A stretch of DNA of 64,000 bases from Gammaproteobacteria bacterium (GCA_022820625.1 JAJEFE010000077.1:20768-84767), one strand, 5' to 3'; shown: positions 17,117 through 26,558, counted from the stretch's first letter. Made by a program: numbers and translations. The notes: generated by a model from the sequence alone, not told the origin.

Positions 17117-17199
17117 TGACCTGTCTCCATTGCTGAATTCAAACGTATCGCAGATCGCTGCACACTGTAGGGCCGAAATGGATACAGCGAACCTGATTG

Positions 17200-18630
17200 T
17201 TACCGACCAAGCGCTACACGTGTCATTGCGCGGTCTGCTGCCGCCAGTGCCTGCTCTATATCGTTCTCGGTGTGATTGGGCGAGATGAAGATCCGCCCGC
17301 CGCCGCCCATGAGTACGCCTTCCTCGCCCCAGAGCGCTCGAAAGCGCTCGAATTCGGCCGCATCGCGCTCCGCGAGATCCTCGGGGGCATAAGCAGCGGA
17401 CTTGTCGACGAAGTCGAAGTAGATGACGCCCAGGGGGCCCTGGAGCAGGCAGGGACGGTCGTGATCTGCGCAGATGGCAGCCAGTCCTTCGCTGAGTTGC
17501 CGCTGGCGTGCCTCCACGACGCGATAGCAGGCGCCGTCGTTCGCGGCCAGCGTGTCGATGGTGTGGATCGCCGCGGCGAGGCTGGGCGGGAAGGAGTTGA
17601 ATGTGCCCGGACCGAGTACGCGGTTGTCCCTGAGGAGTTGAAGAATTCCTGCCCGGCCGGCCACCGCGCTCAGGGGGAAGCCGCCTGCCAGGGCCTTGCC
17701 GAATGTGGCCAGATCGGGTGTCACTCCCAGCGCTGACTGGGCGCCGCCCAGCGCCACGCGAAATCCCGTGATGACCTCGTCGAAGCACAGCAGCACGCCA
17801 TGCTTGCTGCACAGTTCCCGGACGCCTTCGAGGTAGCCTGACCGGGGCGGGCAGCAACCGTAGTTGCATAGGATAGGCTCCATCAGGACCAACGCGATGT
17901 GGTCGCTGTGCGCTTGTAGGGTCGCTTCGAAGGCTGCCAGGTCGTTCCACGGGATCATCAGCGAGTTGCCGATCGCGCCGGGGGCGAGTCCTTCCGACAA
18001 GTAGGGGTCGGCGTCGCTTGTGACCGCCGCGGGCAGTTCGACCGGCTCGGCCCGGCCGCGGTTGCCGCCGACGCGACTGCCGTCATCGCAATCTCCGCAG
18101 GCATGGTCGCTGCGGTCGCTGCCGCCGGTCGCATCGCGGGGGGCGCCGGGAACGTTTCCAGGCACCCCGCCAAACACACCATCAAGCCAGCCATGATAAT
18201 GGCCGAAGAATCGCAGCAGGTAGGGACGCCCGGAGTACGCACGAGCCAGGCGGACGGCCAGTTGCACGGCCTCGGAACCGGAGATCCCGAACCGCACCCA
18301 CTCCGCGCAGGGGACGTGTTCGACGATCCGCTCGGCAAGTTCCACCTCCAGCACGCACTGCGACGCGCCTGAACTGATGGCCGGCAAGCGGTCCAGTTGG
18401 CGCCGGATCGCATCCTTGTAAGCGGCGTCACCGTAGCCCCAGATCGCGGGACCCATGGAGAGGATGAAGTCGATGTACCGGTTGCCGTCCGCATCGACGT
18501 AATGGAGTCCCTCCGCCCGTTCCAGGAACAGCGGTTTGGCGCCGGGCACGGCGCGAAAATTGCTCTGCCGGCCGGGCATGACACGCTCGGCCCGCTCCGC
18601 CAGGGTCCTTGTATGGGGTCCGACCGTCAT
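17200..18630 (-). CDS. class III (PLP) aminotransferase, glutamate-1-semialdehyde aminomutase-like
   Basis: 476 aa. Motifs YVDADGNRYIDF, GISGSEAVQLAVRLARAY, CFDEVITGFR and TFGKALAGG (PLP-Lys region). Confidence 0.85.
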   Translation of the reverse strand: MTVGPHTRTLAERAERVMPGRQSNFRAVPGAKPLFLERAEGLHYVDADGNRYIDFILSMGPAIWGYGDAAYKDAIRRQLDRLPAISSGASQCVLEVELAERIVEHVPCAEWVRFGISGSEAVQLAVRLARAYSGRPYLLRFFGHYHGWLDGVFGGVPGNVPGAPRDATGGSDRSDHACGDCDDGSRVGGNRGRAEPVELPAAVTSDADPYLSEGLAPGAIGNSLMIPWNDLAAFEATLQAHSDHIALVLMEPILCNYGCCPPRSGYLEGVRELCSKHGVLLCFDEVITGFRVALGGAQSALGVTPDLATFGKALAGGFPLSAVAGRAGILQLLRDNRVLGPGTFNSFPPSLAAAIHTIDTLAANDGACYRVVEARQRQLSEGLAAICADHDRPCLLQGPLGVIYFDFVDKSAAYAPEDLAERDAAEFERFRALWGEEGVLMGGGGRIFISPNHTENDIEQALAAADRAMTRVALGR

Positions 18631-18642
18631 GTGTCTACAACT

Positions 18643-20127
18643 TCAATCCCCGTAAACGAACCGCTCGATCTCGCCATGGATTCTCCTGCGGGTCTCGTCC
18701 GAGGGCGGTGCCGAGAAGCGCGACACGATGATCGTCACGACGAAGTTGACTCCAAGCGACCAGACGGCTTCATGGATGCCCAGCGGCTGGTAGATCACCA
18801 CCCGCGTGACATACAGAACAAACAGGCCGGCGATAATCCCCGCAATGACGCCGTTGCGCGTGGTGACGCGGCGGCCGGGATAGCACACGCCCAGGATGGC
18901 CGGCATGAGTTGCAGCGCGCCGGCGCCGGAGAGCGTGATCAGCGTCACCAGGAAATCGAAGGTCGACACGGAGAGCACGTAACCGACGGCCAGCAGGACG
19001 AGCACGACGCCACGGCCGAACAGTACGTAGTGCGCCTGGCTCCGTTCGGGAGCAACGAAGCGCTGGTAGATGTCACGGGTCAGCACCGTCATGTTGGAAT
19101 GCAGGATCGAGTCCAGTGTGGACATGGCCGCGGCAGTCGCGCCGGCCAGGATCAGTCCCGTAAGCCATGCGGGCGCGTATTGAAACAGAAGCTCCGGAAA
19201 GACCCGGTCCGCAATTTCCAGGTCCGGCAGCACCAGTGCGCCGCCGAGGCCCACCATTGCCGCCGGAATGTACAGCGTCATCAGGTAGATGGGCGTGGTT
19301 GCGCCCAGCAACTTGAGGGTTCTGGCCGACGCTGCGGTGTAGAAGCGGATCATCATGTGGGGCTGGAACACGATGCCGAACGAAAGCGCGATGGTCATGC
19401 CGAACCAGACGCCCGGCGTGAAGAGTCCTTCCGGCCCCGGCAGGGTCAGCAGGTCGGGGCGTTCGGTGGCGAGGCGCTGCCAGAGCTCGACGGGGCCGCC
19501 GAAGAGTTTGTAGACCAGCACGAGGCTGCCGACCCATACGGCCACGTACATCCACACGCCCTGGATCACGTCGGTCCAGTAGACGGCCCGTAACCCACCG
19601 GCGATGAGGTACGCTGCGGCGACGATCAGGAGAATCAGCGTTCCCACTTCGAACGACACCCGCCCGCCGGACGCCACCGATAGGATGTAGCCCAGCCCCT
19701 GGGACTGAACCTGGATGTAGAGGATGGTGAAAACCACCGAAACCGCGGCGGTCAGCACGCGAACCGCGTCGCTCTCGTAGAAATCCGCCAGCATGTCCGC
19801 CGGGGTGATGTAGCCGAAGCGTTTGCCCAGCGCCCAGATGCGCGTGCCCAGCGTGTAGGTGATGACGCCGACGAGAATCGTCCAGGTGCCTGCCATCCAG
19901 AAGCCGATCCCGTGGGTATAGAAAAAGCCGCCCGAACCGAGAAACGCGAACGCCGAGTGAAAAGTCGCCACCACCGTCAGGTAAAGGACGATGACCCCGG
20001 CCTGGCGGCCGTAGAGCAGGAAATCCTCCATGTTGACCGAGAGCCGCCGGTTGGCGACCGCGCCGATGACGACGGTTGCCAGCAGGTAGAGAAAGATGAG
20101 GCTGGTGGCGACGACCCAGGGTTCCAT
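18643..20127 (-). CDS. sodium:solute symporter (SSS) family transporter
   Basis: The ATG at 20127 (MEPWVVATSLIFLYLL...) overlaps the stop of the upstream small ORF by 1 nt. Polytopic and hydrophobic with an SSS-type N-terminus. The track ORF extends to 20280. Confidence 0.85.
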   Translation of the reverse strand: MEPWVVATSLIFLYLLATVVIGAVANRRLSVNMEDFLLYGRQAGVIVLYLTVVATFHSAFAFLGSGGFFYTHGIGFWMAGTWTILVGVITYTLGTRIWALGKRFGYITPADMLADFYESDAVRVLTAAVSVVFTILYIQVQSQGLGYILSVASGGRVSFEVGTLILLIVAAAYLIAGGLRAVYWTDVIQGVWMYVAVWVGSLVLVYKLFGGPVELWQRLATERPDLLTLPGPEGLFTPGVWFGMTIALSFGIVFQPHMMIRFYTAASARTLKLLGATTPIYLMTLYIPAAMVGLGGALVLPDLEIADRVFPELLFQYAPAWLTGLILAGATAAAMSTLDSILHSNMTVLTRDIYQRFVAPERSQAHYVLFGRGVVLVLLAVGYVLSVSTFDFLVTLITLSGAGALQLMPAILGVCYPGRRVTTRNGVIAGIIAGLFVLYVTRVVIYQPLGIHEAVWSLGVNFVVTIIVSRFSAPPSDETRRRIHGEIERFVYGD

Positions 20128-20351
20128 CAGACCTTCTTTCTCATTGTCCAGATCAGGACGGCGATAGTGACGACGTAGACGGCCAGGAGATACACAAACA
20201 GAAAGGGCATTCCAAAGACCCAGGGCTCGATCCGGTTGACGAGTCCGTGAACCGCGGGGGGTTGGGACAGCGCCATGCATATGACCAGCAGGACTGTGGC
20301 GATCCGGCCGGCACGTGTTCGAGGCAGATAATGTGAACGGGGTGCTTGCAC
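20127..20351 (-). CDS. small membrane protein (DUF3311-like SSS accessory subunit)
   Basis: Translationally coupled upstream of the SSS gene. Sequence ...IEPWVFGMPFLFVYLLAVYVVTIAVLIW. The real start may be the ATG at 20276. Confidence 0.5.
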   Translation of the reverse strand: MQAPRSHYLPRTRAGRIATVLLVICMALSQPPAVHGLVNRIEPWVFGMPFLFVYLLAVYVVTIAVLIWTMRKKV

Positions 20352-20412
20352 GGCGCTATCTTAACCCTCATGTATGATCGTGAAAATCGACACCCATCCG
20401 ACAGGGAATCAC

Positions 20413-21432
20413 ATGAAAACATTCGACATCCTGGCCCGGCTCGTTGTGGCGCTGTGCATCGTTATGTCCCCGGGGCTCTTCGCGCAGGACAACGGTGACG
20501 GATTGCAGATCTACTGGATCGACGTGGAGGGCGGCTCCGCGACGCTGCTTGTGACGCCGGCTGGCGAGGCGGTACTCATGGATGCGGGGTGGAATCGCGA
20601 GGACCAGCGAGACGCGCGCCGAATCGAAGCGGCCATGGCGGATGCGGGTGCCGCGGACATCGACTACTTCATTGCATCGCATTTCCACGGCGACCACGTG
20701 GGCGGCACGCCCGCCATCGCGCAACGCGTTTCGATCGGCCAGTTTCTCGATCACGGCGACAGTGTGGAGTCGGAAACCGAGCGGGGCCGGCCTGCCTGGG
20801 AGGCCTACCTGAGCGCCGCGCAGGAGAAGCGACGCACGGTCCGGCCGGGCGATACGGTGAATCTGACGGGTGTGGAATTCACCATCGTCGTGTCGGACCG
20901 TGAGATCATCGAGGGCGGCACGGGCACCAACCCGCACTGCGGCGGACCGATGGCGCCCGAGGACTTCGGCGAGAACAGCCGCAGCATCGGCTACAGGGTT
21001 ACAGTTGGCGAGTTCGAGTTCCTCGATCTCGGTGACATAACGGTGGACATCCAGCAAGCCGCGGCCTGCCCCATAAACCGTCTCGGCGTGGTGGACCTGA
21101 TTCAGGTACCGCATCACGCCCAGGGGGTTGCGGCCGAGTTGCTCTGGGCCCTGGAGCCCACGGTTGCGGTCAGCAACAATGGCGCCACCAAGGGCGGGCG
21201 AGCCGACGACCTCGCGGTGGTGCAGGGAATTCCGGGACTTGATGGGTTCTGGCAGGTTCACCACGCTACGGCTTCCTCGGCGGGCCTCAATGCGCCGCCG
21301 CAGATGACGGCCAATCTCACCGAGGACAACGATCAGGGACACTGGATCAAGGCGACCGTCGACGCAGACGGCACCAACTACACGATCATCAACGGGCGCA
21401 ATGGCTACAGCCAGACCTACGCTACCAAGTAA
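20413..21432 (+). CDS. secreted MBL-fold metallo-hydrolase
   Basis: ATG at 20413 gives signal peptide MKTFDILARLVVALCIVMSPGLFAQ. Metallo-beta-lactamase motif ASHFHGDHVGG. Confidence 0.8.
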   Translation: MKTFDILARLVVALCIVMSPGLFAQDNGDGLQIYWIDVEGGSATLLVTPAGEAVLMDAGWNREDQRDARRIEAAMADAGAADIDYFIASHFHGDHVGGTPAIAQRVSIGQFLDHGDSVESETERGRPAWEAYLSAAQEKRRTVRPGDTVNLTGVEFTIVVSDREIIEGGTGTNPHCGGPMAPEDFGENSRSIGYRVTVGEFEFLDLGDITVDIQQAAACPINRLGVVDLIQVPHHAQGVAAELLWALEPTVAVSNNGATKGGRADDLAVVQGIPGLDGFWQVHHATASSAGLNAPPQMTANLTEDNDQGHWIKATVDADGTNYTIINGRNGYSQTYATK

Positions 21433-21593
21433 CCGAACGGGCTGACTCGTCAGGTCGTCGAACTCTGTAGGGCAGGGGCCTACGCAGTCAATACGCTCGG
21501 CCCGAACAGCGTCCAACCCATGTCGTCGGCACCACGGCCGCCGGATATAAGGGTAGAATCGTCCGCAGAAAAACATTTCCAGGGGGATGCACC

Positions 21594-23189
21594 ATGAGCG
21601 TCGTTGCCCGCCAGACCCCGTACCCGGTCGGCGCGTTGCCGGTTGCCATGACGGTCGTCACGTTGGCGGGTGTCGTGAAGTTTCACAGCCCCATGGCTTA
21701 TGAGGCGTTCCAGGGTCCGACCGAACTCATCTACCACGACCCCGAGCGAGCGTACCAGGGCTATACGATGTTCACGCCCTCGCGGGGCCGGAACACGTAT
21801 CTCATCGACATGAACGGGGAGGTGGTACACACCTGGCCCATCCCCGCGAGTTGGCGCGATCCGGAGATTCGGGAGAATGCCCGGCTTCTGGACGACGGGA
21901 TGCTGGCCCGCAGCGAGACTGTCGCAGACGGCTCGACACCCGGGACCTATCAGCTCGTCGACTGGGACGGAGCGGTCGTTTGGGAGTACGTGTCCGGCCG
22001 CGAGGATCTTTCCGGTCATCACGACTTCCGGTTCATCCGCAATCCGAAGCTGGGTCAACGCACGCTCATTTATTCCGCCACCCGGGAGACGCCCCACGAG
22101 AAAATACTCGCGCTGGGCGCCGATCCCGCGTTTCGGGAGAGCTACGACTCGCGTCCCGACGGCCTGGTCGAGGTCGACATGGACGGCAATGTCGTCTGGG
22201 AGTGGAACATCAGCGACCACGTCGTGCAGGATTTCGATCCGAACCTGCCCGGCCATGGTGTCGTCAGCGAACACCCCGGCAAGCTGGACATCAACTTCGG
22301 GCCGGGCGTCAGCGGCAACTGGATTCATATGAACGGATGGGACTTCAACGAGGTTCTGGACCACGTGGCGATCAACAATTCGCGCATGAGCGAATTCTAC
22401 GTCGTCGATCACGGCGCGACGTTCGTTCCCGGCGATCCGCAGCGCAGCCGCGAACTGGCGGCAAGCGATGCCGGTGACTTCATCTACAGGTGGGGCAACC
22501 CTTGCGTATCCGATACCGGCGAATGCCCGTCGATGACCGCCGAGGGGTTTACCACCAGCAACGGCCACCAGCAGGTTTTCTTCAGCCACGATATCCAGTG
22601 GATCGACGACGGGGACTTCGGTGCGCTGGACGGGCCTGTTCCCGGTGAGGGCCACTTCCTGATCTTCAACAACGGCGCGCGGCAGCCGGGCCCCACGTTT
22701 TCGTCGGTGATCGAGATCGACCCCTATGACGGACCGATGGAAAACGGCATCTACGTCCCCGCTGCCGTCGCCGGTTACGAGCCCATGCCGGTGGGCGGCG
22801 GCATGAGCAGGCAAACCCAGAATGTTTCCAGGCAGGTGGTCTGGCGCTTCCACGGAGTCTCGCCCAACTCGTTCTACAGCCCGTACATCTCGGGAGCACA
22901 GCGGCTGCCCAACGGCAATACGCTGGTCTGTTCAGGCGCCCACGGTCACATCTTCGAGGTCACCCCGGAAGGCAACGTCGTCTGGGAGTACATCAATCCC
23001 GTGGGCGACAGGCTGGAGAACGACCGGGGCATCTATCGCACGATGACCGACAGAGCAGGCGAGGAATTCAACTCGATTTTCAAGTGTCAGCGCTATGCTC
23101 CCGATTATCCTGGCCTCAATGGCAAGGATCTGACGCCCAGGGGGAAGATCACGGAGTATTTTTCCGAAGCCGTTGAATTGAAGCCGTAG
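21594..23189 (+). CDS. arylsulfotransferase-like beta-propeller protein (second subtype)
   Basis: 531 aa. Shares HHDF, IHMNGWDF, RLPNGNTLV and FEVTPEGNVVWEY with the C-terminal part of 12830..14716. Confidence 0.65.
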   Translation: MSVVARQTPYPVGALPVAMTVVTLAGVVKFHSPMAYEAFQGPTELIYHDPERAYQGYTMFTPSRGRNTYLIDMNGEVVHTWPIPASWRDPEIRENARLLDDGMLARSETVADGSTPGTYQLVDWDGAVVWEYVSGREDLSGHHDFRFIRNPKLGQRTLIYSATRETPHEKILALGADPAFRESYDSRPDGLVEVDMDGNVVWEWNISDHVVQDFDPNLPGHGVVSEHPGKLDINFGPGVSGNWIHMNGWDFNEVLDHVAINNSRMSEFYVVDHGATFVPGDPQRSRELAASDAGDFIYRWGNPCVSDTGECPSMTAEGFTTSNGHQQVFFSHDIQWIDDGDFGALDGPVPGEGHFLIFNNGARQPGPTFSSVIEIDPYDGPMENGIYVPAAVAGYEPMPVGGGMSRQTQNVSRQVVWRFHGVSPNSFYSPYISGAQRLPNGNTLVCSGAHGHIFEVTPEGNVVWEYINPVGDRLENDRGIYRTMTDRAGEEFNSIFKCQRYAPDYPGLNGKDLTPRGKITEYFSEAVELKP

Positions 23190-23264
23190 CTGGAATGTAT
23201 CCGGTGCTCTTGCCAATTGATGCGCCATTGTCGATAGGAAAGAGCGCCAGAGTCTTGACGATGA

Positions 23265-23306
23265 CAGGATTAGCCTCATGAATAGCAGGATTAGCCTAAT
23301 GAATAG
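23265..23306 (+). repeat. 21-bp tandem duplication spanning the start codon of the next gene
   Basis: caggattagcctCatgaatag / caggattagcctAatgaatag. Each copy carries an in-frame ATG (23278 and 23299). Confidence 0.9.
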
Positions 23307-24333
23307 AAAGTGGATCTTCGCTGCCATACCCCCCTTGCTGATGCTGACCGCCCACGCGCCGTCAGCGTCCGCGCACCATTCCATGTCCGAATACGATCGA
23401 AGCGTCGTCACCGAGTTCGAGGGCGAAGTGGTCCAGCTCTCCTGGACGAACCCGCACGTGCTCCTGTGGGTGGAAACGCCGGACGAGAGCGGAGAGCCCG
23501 TGGTCTGGGAAATGGAAGGCAGCGCCGTCAGCGCACAGCGCCGCCGCGGAGTGATGGGCGGAGAGGTGAGTGTCGGCGACCATGTGCGTGTCGCTGGCTG
23601 GCCGTCGGTAGTGCGGCCCGCGCACATGCAGGTCACCAACATATTGCTCCCCGACGGCGTGGAACTCCTGGTGGGCGGCGCCAGGGAGCCTCGCTGGGCG
23701 GACTCGGCTGTCGGTGGCGAAAGAAATCTGATCGACCCCGCGAAAGCCGCGGCCGCGACCGGGGAGGGCATCTTCCGCGTATGGAGCCAGGGCTCGGGCG
23801 CCTGGTATTTCACCGGCCGTTCCGACTACGAGCTGACCGAATCCGCGGCGGCGGCCAAGGCGCAGTGGGACGACATCGAGGACAATCCCATCATGCAGTG
23901 CGTCCCGCCCGGGATGCCCGGACTCATGGGCAACCCTTATCCGATGGAATTCATCCAGCGGGACGGCTACATCGAACTGCGCTTCGAGGAGTTCGATGCA
24001 CGGCGCATCATCCACATGGAAGATGCGGGCGATCCGGCCGAAATGCCGTTCTCACACATGGGCTATTCCGTGGGCCACTGGGACGGGGACACGCTGGTGG
24101 TCAGAACGACGCGGATCAACTGGGACTACTTCGACCGGCAGGGCGCGCCGATGACGACAGACGTGGTCGTCGACGAGCGGTTCACCGCCGTGGAGAACGG
24201 CGATCGGCTCAACTACCTGATGACGGTCACCGATCCGGATATCCTGGTGCGGCCCTTCGTCTGGGACGCCTATTTCATCTGGCGCCGCGGCGAAGAAGTC
24301 AACCTCTACGATTGCACGCTGGAATACCAGTAG
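23278..24333 (+). CDS. DUF6152-like secreted protein with a long C-terminal extension
   Basis: Signal peptide, then ASAHHSMSEYDRSVVTEFEGEVVQLSWTNPHVLLWV, paralleling 63528..63920 (GHHGGAAYDGSETVEVVGKVSRFEFVNPHVLIYA). About 230 extra C-terminal residues. The start is 23278 or 23299. Confidence 0.6.
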   Translation: MNSRISLMNRKWIFAAIPPLLMLTAHAPSASAHHSMSEYDRSVVTEFEGEVVQLSWTNPHVLLWVETPDESGEPVVWEMEGSAVSAQRRRGVMGGEVSVGDHVRVAGWPSVVRPAHMQVTNILLPDGVELLVGGAREPRWADSAVGGERNLIDPAKAAAATGEGIFRVWSQGSGAWYFTGRSDYELTESAAAAKAQWDDIEDNPIMQCVPPGMPGLMGNPYPMEFIQRDGYIELRFEEFDARRIIHMEDAGDPAEMPFSHMGYSVGHWDGDTLVVRTTRINWDYFDRQGAPMTTDVVVDERFTAVENGDRLNYLMTVTDPDILVRPFVWDAYFIWRRGEEVNLYDCTLEYQ

Positions 24334-24361
24334 CCAGCAGGGGACATGCCGCATCCCTGGA

Positions 24362-26200
24362 TCAGGGGGAATACCAGATAGGGGAGGAATACGCTCGCTC
24401 CCGGATAGTCGCCTTGTAGCCTTCGAAGGGCGGCTCGCCCAGGGCGACGGCATCGAAGAGCGTATGCCTCGGCGTCGGTATTTCGATGGCTCGCGCGTAG
24501 TAGAACGCAGGCGCATCCGGGTCGAAGTCCGGGTCCTCCCAGACCGCGGACAGCTGGGTGGAACCGATGGAATTGGTGTAGGTAGCGGTTTCCAGATCCA
24601 CCGTAGTGCCTACTGGGGGCGCGTGCCCGTCGGCGTCGAGGCTGCGACCGACGGAGAGCACGACGTTGTACACCCGCTCGTGGGCGGTGCCGTCGCCGTC
24701 GAGCCAACCCTTGACGATCTGGATACGGTCCAGGTTGGCGCCGAGCGGATCCATGGCCGCATGGACCAGGAACGTAATGGTGCGGCCGGCCGGCGCCCGG
24801 GCAAGTTCGCCGCCCATGGGCACGCCGCCGCGGTAGCCCACGTCCGCGAGGTCGTTGGCTTCGGCATCTTCCGGCGCATAGTCCCACCCGCCGAAAAAGC
24901 GCAGGTGGATGCGGGGCCCGGAGGTGGCGTAGACCTCCTTGCGGCGGAACGCGTCGAATAATGCCTCGCGGGTATTTTCCCCGGCCCACACGCCGGCCAG
25001 CCCGGCGGCTTCGAAATCACGCCCGATCTTGTAGGTTCCGGGTTCGTTGCCGCCCTGCAGGGGCGCGGTCTTGGTCAACGGCGTGCCTTCGACGCCCAGC
25101 TTGCCGGAATAGGCGGCCTCGTCGGTCGTCGACAGGCCGGTGTGGATGTCGGTGGAGCCGATAAATCCGAACTTGTAGGGGTTGGCGCCCACCCGCGCCT
25201 CGATTTCCAGTCCGCGCCTGAGCGCCGCCCGGGCATATTCAGCGGCGTTGGGCGGCGGGATGTTCACGCCCGGCAGCCGGGCTCTTTCGTAGGTGCCGAA
25301 GTCCGCGAACTCGTCGTCGGGCGACAATTGCGGATGGGTTTCGGAGTCGCCCTTGGTCTGGGTGATCTCCACGATCGGCTCCCACCGGATGCGGGTTCGG
25401 GCGTACTCGCCGCTGATGGGCCGCCCGTCGGAATCCACATCCTGGAACATGCGGCCCGAACTGATATTGGAGTTGTGCGGAATCGCCAGGAAGGTTGCGC
25501 CGATGCGCTCGCCCGTCTGTTCGAGCCACCGCCAGAGGTCTTCCGGCCGTTCGCTGTGGAACGTGGAGAAGGGCAGGAATTGCCGGGCGACGTCGGCGCC
25601 TTCGCGCATGAGCACCACCCGGTGAATGGAGTTGGCGGTCGGGAAGCCGCTCCACTCCCAGCCGATCAGGCTCGTGAAAACGCCCGGTTCGTAGTGCCGG
25701 TCGGCGATTTCGATGCTGCGCTCCCAGGTGGAGCGGATGATCGGCTCCAGGTTGATTTCCTCGAAGGGTTCGTTGCGGTGCATGGAGCGGGCCATTTCCA
25801 CGAGCACCAGCCGCTCCTGGCCCGGTCTGCCGCCCATTTCCAGCAGCCGCCTGCCCGTCGCCGTATTTGCTACGCGTTCATCGCCGCTGAACAGGGCGGC
25901 CGTGATGCCCAGGTATTCGGCGTGATCGGCGACGACAAGAAAGTCCAGCGGCCGCTCCAGTTGGATTCGCCCGCCGAAACCGGGGTGGACCGCAGGCTGT
26001 CCCTTGGCAAATCGATATGCCACATCCGGATCCGCGGACCGGTTCTGCATGGTATAGGAGTCGTACGAATAGGAGCTGTGGACGTGCGTGTCGCCGAAGT
26101 ACACCTGCGTGCCTTGCCCGGATTGGGCCCAGGCAGTAACCGACAAAGTGCCGAGCAATATCCCTGTCGCGTGAACCAGGGAAAGAAGCTCGCGGCTCAT
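24362..26200 (-). CDS. DUF3604 family (PHP-like metal-dependent) secreted protein
   Basis: ATG at 26200 (MSRELLSLVHATGILLGTLSVTAWAQ). Hallmark YFGDTHVHSSYSYDS near the N-terminus. The track ORF extends to 26272. Confidence 0.75.
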   Translation of the reverse strand: MSRELLSLVHATGILLGTLSVTAWAQSGQGTQVYFGDTHVHSSYSYDSYTMQNRSADPDVAYRFAKGQPAVHPGFGGRIQLERPLDFLVVADHAEYLGITAALFSGDERVANTATGRRLLEMGGRPGQERLVLVEMARSMHRNEPFEEINLEPIIRSTWERSIEIADRHYEPGVFTSLIGWEWSGFPTANSIHRVVLMREGADVARQFLPFSTFHSERPEDLWRWLEQTGERIGATFLAIPHNSNISSGRMFQDVDSDGRPISGEYARTRIRWEPIVEITQTKGDSETHPQLSPDDEFADFGTYERARLPGVNIPPPNAAEYARAALRRGLEIEARVGANPYKFGFIGSTDIHTGLSTTDEAAYSGKLGVEGTPLTKTAPLQGGNEPGTYKIGRDFEAAGLAGVWAGENTREALFDAFRRKEVYATSGPRIHLRFFGGWDYAPEDAEANDLADVGYRGGVPMGGELARAPAGRTITFLVHAAMDPLGANLDRIQIVKGWLDGDGTAHERVYNVVLSVGRSLDADGHAPPVGTTVDLETATYTNSIGSTQLSAVWEDPDFDPDAPAFYYARAIEIPTPRHTLFDAVALGEPPFEGYKATIRERAYSSPIWYSP

Positions 26201-26315
26201 CCTCGAATATCGGCCCTTGGTGGAATGATTGCGCTTGTTCGATAAATAAGATTTAATTACGTTTGTAAGCATATGATAATAAATAGATAACAGATTGCTC
26301 CGATCGCTGTGACGC

Positions 26316-26558
26316 CTACGAGTCGGCTTCTACAACACAGACGGCCTCGCCAACCTCGGCATCCTCATCCTCTTCAACAAGAATCTCCACCAGTTTGCCG
26401 TCTCCCGGCGCTTCGACTTCCTGGACGACCTTCTCGGTTTCGATCTCGTAGAGAGGTTCGCCCCTGGAAAAGGACTCGCCGGGTTGCTTGAACCACTTGA
26501 CGATGGTGGCTTCTTCCATGTTCATCCCCACTGCGGCAAGTTTCAGTTTAACGCGCAT
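26316..26558 (-). CDS. free-standing lipoyl-attachment domain protein
   Basis: 80 aa: ...MEEATIVKWFKQPGESFSRGEPLYEIETEKVVQEVEAPGDGKLVEILV. This is a lipoyl/biotinyl-type hammerhead with the modifiable Lys in ETEK. No catalytic E2 domain. Confidence 0.75.
   Translation of the reverse strand: MRVKLKLAAVGMNMEEATIVKWFKQPGESFSRGEPLYEIETEKVVQEVEAPGDGKLVEILVEEDEDAEVGEAVCVVEADS

Noticed and set aside
16805-17950. 381-aa ORF overlapping the 3' part of the aminotransferase gene.
   Set aside because: Only the last 103 codons (16805..17116) look like a real protein (DUF1778-type). The upstream 278 codons are Arg/Pro-rich and overlap the well-supported class III aminotransferase in another frame.
18016-18144. 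Approx. 40-aa Asp/Gly/Cys-containing segment (…DATGGSDRSDHACGDCDDGSRVGGNRGRAEPVELP…) in the class III aminotransferase; considered as a metal-binding insert.
   Set aside because: Without an alignment I cannot show it is an insertion rather than a variable loop. There are only two Cys and no recognisable motif.
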